From Nitrospirota bacterium (GTDB lineage Bacteria > Nitrospirota > UBA9217), in NCBI GenBank assembly GCA_963796285.1, contig CAWCKW010000012.1:448001-512000 (forward strand): a stretch of DNA of 64,000 bases. Direction: 5' to 3'. Positions 56,365 through 64,000 of this stretch are shown piece after piece. Each line of letters begins with the position of its first letter. Within the stretch, counting starts at the first letter, position 1. The notes below the pieces were generated by a model, which was not told the DNA's origin, searched no databases, and saw nothing but the letters and a program-made list of their open reading frames with translations. The position numbers and the translations under genes were made by a program.

Positions 56365-56920
56365 AAACATTCAAAGAGGCTCTCAGGGAAATCTTACGCT
56401 ACCTCACCGGTTCGCCTCTTTGGGCCACTGCGCTCAGTATTATCTTCTATGCATCGGCCAGTACCGCTGCCGGTTTTCTCGAGAAGAAATCAGCGCAGTT
56501 GAAACCGATCGGGTCGGGACTCAACCTCATCATCCTGTTCATCTCTGTTCAGCTTTTTCTGCACCTGGGCGCAGCTGTATACTTCCCGAGGGTATCGCAA
56601 CAGCTCAACTTCTTCTCCTGGCCGGCTTTCACCTATGCCGCGCTCCATATCTATGGTGATCTCTTCATCATGCCGTACGCATCGCCAGTATCCACGTGAA
56701 GGAGGATGCAGCGTTCGTCGTTATAGAAAAGGAAAGTTTCGTGTCAATGCTTGCCCAGAACCCCGCAATTACGGAATCGCTGAGTCGCATACTCTCCGAG
56801 CGCCAGGCCGGTCTTGAAGCGGAACGGGAGAGACTTGGTGCCGCTGCGCGTGAGCGCCGCAAGCAAGAAGGACGTTTCCGGTCCGATGCTTTCCAAGATC
56901 AGAGAGTTTTTCGGTGCTGA
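56365..56920 (+). pseudogene. Internally deleted membrane protein with cNMP-binding C-terminus (probable cyclic-nucleotide-gated MscS remnant)
   Basis: TM helices end abruptly at about 56690, then EDAAFVVIEKESFVSMLAQNPAITESLSRILSERQ...MLSKIREFFG, typical of the end of a cNMP domain. Confidence 0.5.
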
Positions 56921-57060
56921 AATAAATAAAATAGCTATGATCATCTTTTCCACCGTTCCTTTCGTCAGAATCCACCTCATAGTTGATATACTTGAACAAG
57001 TCCCGGATGGTGTCTTTACGGGCGAACGGAACTCACCTGTCCTATCCATCTGAAAAAACT

Positions 57061-57094
57061 AGATTGCCCCCTCACTTCGATCCTCGCATTGACA
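57061..57094. repeat. Degenerate AGATTGCTTCG..CTCGCAATGACA-type palindromic repeat
   Basis: AGATTGCCCCCTCACTTCGATCCTCGCATTGACA. Confidence 0.4.
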
Positions 57095-57168
57095 ATTCGG
57101 TCGGTTTTCCAGAATGTTTCTTTTTTAAATTGAGGTTAAGACTCTTTTTCTGAACCTGTATTTTATAG

Positions 57169-57197
57169 TTGACATACCAGAATGCAAACAGTATAAT
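57169..57197 (+). promoter_or_regulatory. Consensus sigma-70 promoter (distal) for the decaheme cytochrome
   Basis: TTGACA-17-TATAAT. Confidence 0.72.
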
Positions 57198-57360
57198 ATG
57201 TGAAATACAATAAATGTTTGTATTGTTTCCGCAATGAAAATTCATTATTAAATCAAATAGTTAATATATTATCTTTTTGTTTAATTTGATACTGTTTGCA
57301 AATAATTTCGGACAATACCGCTAAAATTTGAATATTGTATTTTGTTTAGTTTTAATTTCA

Positions 57361-57389
57361 TTGACAGATGAATTATCATTTGATATACT
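57361..57389 (+). promoter_or_regulatory. Sigma-70 promoter (proximal) for the decaheme cytochrome
   Basis: TTGACA-17-TATACT with extended -10 TG. Confidence 0.72.
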
Positions 57390-57590
57390 TTTTCTGTTTA
57401 AGCGTTTATCAATGTGCTGAAGAGTCTAATCATCGTATGATAGCCTCAGAAACAGTGTATAGATGGAATGCAGTTTGATGAATGAAAGGAGGTGGCATCA
57501 ACATCATTCCCGCTAAATTTTACTTTTAATAGTTTGCCATATGCAAAGAGCGTGAGAAAAAAAAACAATTACAGGGAGGTAACAAAGGTT

Positions 57591-59938
57591 ATGAAGATTT
57601 TTAAGCACAAATATGTATTTTTGGTATTAGCTTTACTCTTTATCCTGCCGCTGATGTTTGTTGGATGTTCGGGCAGTGATGGCTCTGACGGCGCGAACGG
57701 CGTGAACGGCACGAACGGCACGAACGGCACGAACGGCACGAACGGCGCGCCCGGCACGGATGGCACGCCCGCGGTCGTGACCAATGATGCATGTATGGTA
57801 TGCCACACCACCGGCAAGATCGAGGATATCGCGGTTGCGCATCCCGACCCGACCAATAATAATCTGGTCGTTACTATCACTAGTGTGGCAAACGTCGGCG
57901 GGTTCCCAGTGGTTGCTTTCACGTTGACTCAAAAAATCTTACAACCGGGGCTCTTTCGAGTCTCACTACAATTACCAATAGTAATCAGAGCATTAAGATC
58001 GCCGACCTGATCCCTGCCAGTACTGGTACTAATACCTGGTCAACTGATTACTTCGAGATGTGGGTTTCGGAGACACCCAGTACAGTGGCTAAAATTGCAT
58101 GTGCAGCTGGTACCAAAATTAATACGGCTGGCACAGCCTGCACTGTAAGTGCAGGCGCGGCAGGAAATCTGGCAACACCTGCCACCAACCTCCTTGACGT
58201 AAGCGATAAAGCCAACGGCAATTACGTTTATACCTTTGTTACTCCGTTCGGTTCAGCCTGGCCGGGCTACAACAATGCCGACTATGCGGCTGGCAATAAG
58301 AGGCGCGTAGCGATAGAGTTGAGTTCTCCTCCCACCGGATTCAACAAAGCAGTCGGGATCGCGGATTTCACGGGTGATGCCTGTTGATGGTGGCGCTGCT
58401 GCTACCCTGATCGCTTCCGTGCGCCAGTTCGTCACTATCCAGGCCTGCCAGAAGTGCCACGGCCCGTTGATGGATGGTGCGGCCCATGCCAATAACCGTA
58501 ATGATATCCGTGAGTGCGACTTCTGCCACAGTGCGTTATATGGCTCCTTGCCTAGCCATGCCGCGGGCTTTATGGCAGCGGACAACGCCGACCTCCCGGT
58601 CTTCATTCACGGGATCCATGGTTCAACGTGGAATGATACCGATGATCAATTCCCGATGGGACCTGCAGTAACAAGTCCTGTCACCTATCCGCAGGAGCTC
58701 AAAAATTGCACGGTCTGCCATAGCGATCCCAGCGGCTCTGCCCCTGGCGATCTAACGGGCCTCAACAACTGGAAGACCCATCCGACCGGCAGGGTCTGCC
58801 ATTCCTGTCATACGACGAATATCATCACTGCGGCAACTACCACCATCGCCGCTACGTTCACGCATGACAGCACATTAACCACAAAATTCCCCGTTCCCAG
58901 CTGGTCCACTAACCGATGCAGATTGCAGCGGCTGCCATGGGAGTGCCGGAACTGCTGGTAGATAGTACGGACATCGTTACCGTCCATAGCACTGCGGCTG
59001 CCGGTAATGACGTTCCTGAATACGTTGTAACCATTGCAACTAGCACTGCGGCCAACGGCTCGTTCTACGTATCCGGCGAGACCTTTACCGTGGACGTAAC
59101 CTTGGCAACCAATCCGGCCATTACGACCCAGACGCCTGTCCCGGATGCCTATACCACGGCTAAAGATGCTGCTTATCACTCCGGCGGCGGACTTGCTGTC
59201 GCCAGCCTCTACGTCTATGGACCCCGCAGCTTTGCTCTACCGTTGACGGGCACCCAGGCCAACAGCCTCTTTGGTAAGGGCGATGCAACCGGCTTCCATT
59301 ATGCAGTGAAGGTTCCGGCCGGCACGACTAACGGTACCTACCTGATTCGCGCCCGGATTGCTGACTATTCGTACGATAGAAACAATCCAACCGGAGGCGG
59401 TGCACACGCGTACCAGATTGAATCGACTAAACTGGCACTCTTCCAAATTGGTAACGCGACTGTACAGAAGAAAGTTGACGGCAATGCCTGCGTCGACTGC
59501 CATGGCACCACCATGATGCACGCAACCGACCACGCAGCGGCATTCGATACCGATGAATGCACTGCCTGTCACGACCAGTCGGGCGGACATGCGGCCTACA
59601 TCGGCAACCGGGTGCACGCAATCCATTCCGCCTCTGCAACGGGCGATATGGTCGATGGCCGTGACTGGTCACAACTCGTGTACGAACTCGGAAAACCGGT
59701 CACGGAAGAAGGGGCGTTTACTGGGCCAACGGTTACGAGCCCGGTAACCTTCCCGCTTGGCGATATTAGCCCGGCAACTTCAACATCACAGAGCACCTAC
59801 AAATGCGTGATCTGCCATACTTCCGCAAGCTCGGGGACCTATAAGACCAACGCCTATGAGACCCCGTGTCTTGGGTGCCATGGTGATGTTCCCGGCGCAA
59901 CCGACCATATGATCCAGAATGGCGGGAAGTTTCAGTAG
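57591..59938 (+). CDS. MtrC/OmcA-like decaheme c-type cytochrome lipoprotein (several frameshifts)
   Basis: Lipobox FVGC; Gly-X-Y linker; CMVCH, CQKCH, CDFCH, CTVCH, CHSCH, CSGCH (out of frame at about 58924), CVDCH, CTACH, CVICH, CLGCH; IHGIH / VHAIH motifs; beta-rich spacer domains. Confidence 0.8.
57690..57743 (+). repeat. 9-nt tandem repeat encoding collagen-like GTN triplets
   Basis: GGCGCGAAC GGCGTGAAC (GGCACGAAC)x4. Confidence 0.9.
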
Positions 59939-59983
59939 AGTCATCGCTTTGAAATGGTAATTTAATTTCAGAGACAGCTTCGC

Positions 59984-60012
59984 AGGGCGGACCGAAAGGT
60001 CCGCCCTTTTTT
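59984..60012 (+). terminator. Rho-independent terminator
   Basis: AGGGCGGACC-GAAA-GGTCCGCCCT followed by a T-run. Confidence 0.92.
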
Positions 60013-60107
60013 ATAGGCGAACTATGGCTGAATACGAATAAGGGCTCAACGCCTGGCTGCACGTACTTTTTTGCATGAAAACGTTCCGAGTTACGAGGGA
60101 GAATGAA

Positions 60108-60458
60108 ATGAGAATCAAACCAATATATTCCTTTGCATTCCTGCTGTTCATGGTGTCTCTGTTCAGTTTTTCAGGTTGCTCCAAGCTGTCCGGACCTTCG
60201 GATGCAGAAGTGATCAAAGCTGTGAGTGAAAGCCAATTTTTCACACATAATGTTACTTTGATACCACCCGTTGTAATCGTGGAAAAGGCCGGCCGTAATA
60301 AGGATGGCTTCTGGCCTGTCAAAGTTAACGTAATATTTACTTATGAGATAAAGGACAAGCAAATTTCCGCGCCAATGCAACAGACGCTTATATTTAACAT
60401 GGACAAACAGAAAGACAATGAAGGTCATAGCGTTTGGAGGGCTGCCCTCGGTCATTAG
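60108..60458 (+). CDS. Hypothetical lipoprotein
   Basis: RBS GAGGGAG; signal peptide with lipobox FSGC; no recognised domain. Confidence 0.65.
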   Translation: MRIKPIYSFAFLLFMVSLFSFSGCSKLSGPSDAEVIKAVSESQFFTHNVTLIPPVVIVEKAGRNKDGFWPVKVNVIFTYEIKDKQISAPMQQTLIFNMDKQKDNEGHSVWRAALGH

Positions 60459-60590
60459 GAGAAGAGTATGCTAACGTGAATGATGTAACCTGCCTGCCGT
60501 CGGGCGCTTAATGGTTGCTGTTCCCGTGCTGTCCGGTATTCTGTTGGTTGCCACCGCTTTAGAATTCTTAGTGCGTAGCGCTCATCGTAG

Positions 60591-60621
60591 GGCATGCCTT
60601 TAAAACAGGCATGCCTTTTTT
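60591..60621 (+). terminator. Rho-independent terminator
   Basis: GGCATGCCT-TTAAAAC-AGGCATGCC followed by a T-run. Confidence 0.8.
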
Positions 60622-60844
60622 CTTGATTTGTTCTTCGTACTTCTGTATACTTTCAACAATTTTTACAGGCCGTTATGTTACGATGCAGCCCCCGGGTTGT
60701 GGTAAGATGATGCAAAATTCATTCGAATGTAGGACTCGTTTTGAGTCGCAGGCCATCTCTGGCCGGTCACAGTTTAAATTATTAATTGGCCGCTGAAATT
60801 TCAATGGGCGACCTATCACATATATCTGAAAGGAGGAATGCATT

Positions 60845-62143
60845 TTGAGAAGTGACAGGTTCATGCAAACAATTTTGAGCGGTACCCTCGTCAGACGGGC
60901 GGTATCGACGATGGTCGTACTGTTGGTGAGTTCGCTGTTCATTCCGGCCATCTCACAATCAGCCACCGTAACAGGTGATTCCAGTACCTATGTGCAATCC
61001 AGGGAGGCCGAAGACAGTTCTAAAATACTGGGAGTTTATGAATATCTCGATTTTGCCGTGCAGAACATCGGCAACGAGACGATCTCGTTTCACACGGGCG
61101 GCTGGCTTCGCTACGATCTGAAAGAGGAGGAGTTCGGCGATAAATCCGCGAACGATCTGCAGTATTCCTACCTGAGCTTTAAAAGTAAAACCGACAACAC
61201 CGTCGTCAACTTGGGCAGGGTGATGGTCTTTGAGGGTGTGGCTGCGGAGCGGGTGGACGGGCTTTACGCACGCACCGATCTTATGGCCGGGTTCGGCATC
61301 TCGGGATTCGGCGGCAGTCCTGTAGAGACCGGCAGTGATATGCCGGGGAACAATGTGATTTATGGCGGCCGGTTGTCTCATCAGTTCGGCGACGTATATA
61401 AGATCGGGATATCGGCGCTCAAGGAAGAAAAAGACAGTCAGGACTACCGGAGGGAGGAAGGCCTCGATATCTGGGTGCATCCGATCAACAAGGTGGACCT
61501 GACCGGGCGATCGAGCTACAACGACGTCACCAAGGGATGGATGGAACAGAGTTATGCACTGATGCTGGGCCCCTTTGAAAAGCTGCGGCTCAATGCCACG
61601 GCCTCATGGATCAACTACGACGACTATTTTTTCAGGACCACTATGAGCGCGTTCACCTTGCAATCGGGTCTTATTCAACCGAATGAGAAGGTGCGTACCC
61701 TGGGAGGAGAGGCATCCTATCCGATCACGGACCAGGTGCTCATTACCGCTGATTACAAGAATTTCAGCTACGATATCGCGGGCAAGGCGGATTATTTCGG
61801 CGGGAAGGTAAAATATTCCCTGTCCGGATCAGGGGGCGCGGGGATCGGTTATCACGCCATGATGGGAGAGACGGACAAGTTGAAGTACAACGAGTACCGG
61901 GTCTATGCATATAAGAAGTTCGGCCATCTCGACGTGTCCGCTGACGTGATCGATGTTGCCTACGTCAACGCAATAAACGGCGTCAAAGATTCCTATTCCG
62001 CTTCACTCGCGGCCCAGTATGATCTCGCGGAGGCCTGGAAACTTGGTGCGGACGTGGAGTATTCCCATAACCCGGATTTTGACAGGGACATCAGGGTGTT
62101 CTTCAAGGTCCTCTACCACTTCGGCGCGAAAGGAGGAGCATAA
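60845..62143 (+). CDS. Outer-membrane beta-barrel of porin-cytochrome complex 2
   Basis: TTG start after AAGGAGG; signal peptide; shares GGW.RYDL, DLQY.Y.S, FGGSPVET, RREEG.DIW and DYKNF.Y.IAG.A with the 22459 paralog. Confidence 0.82.
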   Translation: MRSDRFMQTILSGTLVRRAVSTMVVLLVSSLFIPAISQSATVTGDSSTYVQSREAEDSSKILGVYEYLDFAVQNIGNETISFHTGGWLRYDLKEEEFGDKSANDLQYSYLSFKSKTDNTVVNLGRVMVFEGVAAERVDGLYARTDLMAGFGISGFGGSPVETGSDMPGNNVIYGGRLSHQFGDVYKIGISALKEEKDSQDYRREEGLDIWVHPINKVDLTGRSSYNDVTKGWMEQSYALMLGPFEKLRLNATASWINYDDYFFRTTMSAFTLQSGLIQPNEKVRTLGGEASYPITDQVLITADYKNFSYDIAGKADYFGGKVKYSLSGSGGAGIGYHAMMGETDKLKYNEYRVYAYKKFGHLDVSADVIDVAYVNAINGVKDSYSASLAAQYDLAEAWKLGADVEYSHNPDFDRDIRVFFKVLYHFGAKGGA

Positions 62144-62144
62144 G

Positions 62145-62585
62145 ATGAACACCGTAAAGACAAAAATGGTTATTTTAGCATTGTTAACGATGCTCTTCGG
62201 AATCTATGCCTGTGCCCATACGGTCAGTAGAGCGGCGCAGCACCCCGTTGAATTGACTGCTCCGCCGATGTGCAGCGACTGCCATCAGGACTGGAGGTCG
62301 GCATTGGACCATACCAGCGATTACTCGACGCGGCACCGGTTCTACGCAGAGCAGCAGAGCCAGACCTGTAAGGCCTGCCACAAAGAGTCCTTCTGCTCGG
62401 ACTGCCACGCGCACAAGGAAGAATTGAAACCGAGCGACAAATTCAAGGATTCTGTTGAGCGGGACATGCCGCACCGGGGAGACTACCTCAGTCAGCACAA
62501 GATCGACGGCCGAATAGACCCGGCATCGTGCATGAAGTGCCATGGACGCTCGAATAATGAGAGGTGCCGCGTATGTCACAAATAA
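62145..62585 (+). CDS. Pentaheme c-type cytochrome lipoprotein (ExtC/ExtF-like)
   Basis: Lipobox IYAC; CSDCH, CKACH, CSDCH, CMKCH, CRVCH; paralog of 21987-22427. Confidence 0.9.
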   Translation: MNTVKTKMVILALLTMLFGIYACAHTVSRAAQHPVELTAPPMCSDCHQDWRSALDHTSDYSTRHRFYAEQQSQTCKACHKESFCSDCHAHKEELKPSDKFKDSVERDMPHRGDYLSQHKIDGRIDPASCMKCHGRSNNERCRVCHK

Positions 62586-63598
62586 CTAAATTCAAGATAA
62601 TGAGTCTGCTCATCCTTGCCGGATTGCTGTTCATGGCCGGGTGCGGCAGCTCTACTCCGAACTCAAAGGCCTCGTCAGGTGCAAATGCAGATGGACAGCA
62701 TGCAGCCGACTGGCTGCCTGCCGGACACATGGTTGCTGCACAGGAGGACCAGAGCGCCTGCACTGAGTGCCACGGGAGCAATTATGATGGCGGAATTTCC
62801 GGGGTATCTTGCACCACGTGCCACCTCGGCGGGGTCGATGCAATCCATCCGATATCCTGGAGTATTGGGGCCGGCATCGACTCGAATCACGCGGCCTATG
62901 TGGCCAGCAATGGGACCAGTGCGTGCGCAAATGCGTTTTGCCACGGCTCCGCACTAACGGGCGTCGTCAGCAGCGGTCCAGCCTGTGTTTCGGCTGCCTG
63001 TCACCAGAACGGATCTCCATTTAACTTTACGGGATGTACGTCCTGTCACGGGAATCCACCATCAGGGTCTGTCGCTCCGAATAGATCAGGAGCACACGAC
63101 TCTGTTGCAGGACACTTTGCTGCGCAGGTCACTCTACCTGATGGGTGCAATACCTGCCATAGCGGTGCGGGATCGGGGACAGTCAATCACAATACCGGAA
63201 CTGTTGTTGTATCATTATTGAGTTCCTACAACGCAAAAAGCGGCATAGCCGCGTATAATGCCGACGGTACCTGTTCAAAGGTGAGCTGTCACGGAGGACA
63301 GACGACGCCGGTATGGTTGACCGGTTCCATCAATGTTACCACCCAGTGTACGTCCTGTCATGCATTTGGCACTTCCGAGTATAACAGTTTCGTGTCCGGT
63401 CAACATGGCTTGCATGTGAATAGTTTACAGATTTCCTGTATCGAGTGCCACGACACCACGAAACTTGCCATAAACCATTTTTCTGCCTTAAATACTCAGG
63501 AACTGGAAGGGCCTGCTGCGGCAACGATAAACAGCAATGTAAACTATGACGGTACATCGTGCACACCGCTATGCCATGGAAAGGATACCTGGCAGTAA
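62573..63598 (+). CDS. Multiheme c-type cytochrome lipoprotein (CxxxxCH/CxxCH type), up to 10 hemes
   Basis: Lipobox MAGC; 6 CxxCH, 3 CX4CH and 1 CX3CH; C-terminal half collinear with the 20248 protein (YNAKSG.A.YNA, VSCHGGQTTP.WL, CHDTTKLA). Confidence 0.9.
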   Translation: MSQITKFKIMSLLILAGLLFMAGCGSSTPNSKASSGANADGQHAADWLPAGHMVAAQEDQSACTECHGSNYDGGISGVSCTTCHLGGVDAIHPISWSIGAGIDSNHAAYVASNGTSACANAFCHGSALTGVVSSGPACVSAACHQNGSPFNFTGCTSCHGNPPSGSVAPNRSGAHDSVAGHFAAQVTLPDGCNTCHSGAGSGTVNHNTGTVVVSLLSSYNAKSGIAAYNADGTCSKVSCHGGQTTPVWLTGSINVTTQCTSCHAFGTSEYNSFVSGQHGLHVNSLQISCIECHDTTKLAINHFSALNTQELEGPAAATINSNVNYDGTSCTPLCHGKDTWQ

Positions 63599-63645
63599 GT
63601 GGTGCTTTCGCCCGAAATTCCTGTCTTTGGGTATTTATGACGATA

Positions 63646-63684
63646 AAAGAAGGCCCGGACGATATGAGTCCGGGCCTTCTTTCT
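63646..63684 (+). terminator. Terminator after cytochrome operon 2 (possibly bidirectional)
   Basis: AAAGAAGGCCCGGAC-GATATGA-GTCCGGGCCTTCTTT. Confidence 0.85.
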
Positions 63685-64000
63685 ATAAATCCCCAGCATT
63701 TCAGGCTTAATATGTAGGGGCCAGCCGATATCTGGATTCCGTAATCAACCTGTTTGCGCCGGTTCCTGGGCCGATCAAAGTAAAAATGACGTTATCGTTA
63801 TCGGATTATCGAGCGAAAGAGACAAGTCTCATATGTTGAACGAATTCGTTTCACATTTTCGTTATGCTCATTATCGGGCAGCAACAGGCCCGAATTTGCA
63901 AGCCCTCGGAGACCCATGATAGCAGCAGCTAAATTGATTTGGAATGGCTGCCTGGCTAATTATAGTGACCTTTATTTAGGGCTTATTCATGAGGTGATAT

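Noticed and set aside
57366-57382. Fur box in the promoter spacer of the decaheme gene
   Set aside because: Only one half-site (ATTATCA) matches; too weak in AT-rich DNA.

Overview
A 64-kb bacterial chromosomal window. Its gene order and content resemble Nitrospirota or Desulfobacterota (deltaproteobacteria-like) genomes; this is an inference only. The housekeeping backbone is lptB'-rpoN-hpf-ptsN-hprK-rapZ, a complete mannose-family PTS (IIA/IIB/IIC/IID, HPr, EI), cobD, glyQ-glyS, ppdK, ribD, pgpA-cinA-thpR-recA-pilT-recX-alaS, phasin-ubiB, mltG, oppBC, a tRNA operon and tig-clpP-clpX-engB. The accessory highlights are: (i) two paralogous porin + pentaheme lipoprotein + multiheme lipoprotein operons (ExtEFG/ExtBCD-like porin-cytochrome conduits), one lengthened by a 351-nt four-heme tandem module, plus an MtrC/OmcA-like decaheme lipoprotein with a collagen-like tether; (ii) a 135-aa protein carrying the motifs of eukaryotic PHPT1/Janus phosphohistidine phosphatases; (iii) a STAS-HATPase / STAS-wHTH gene pair with a perfect 21-bp palindrome over its promoter, lying between pgpA and cinA; (iv) a ~6-kb integrase-less island that splits the tRNA operon and contains a tandem ~132-bp array of tRNA-Lys 3' fragments; (v) many heptamer-periodic inverted repeats at gene junctions. 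Single-base indels in essential genes (glyQ, alaS, engB) suggest uncorrected long-read errors, so frameshifts alone are not treated as pseudogenisation. All protein family calls come from motif recognition by eye; no database search was run.
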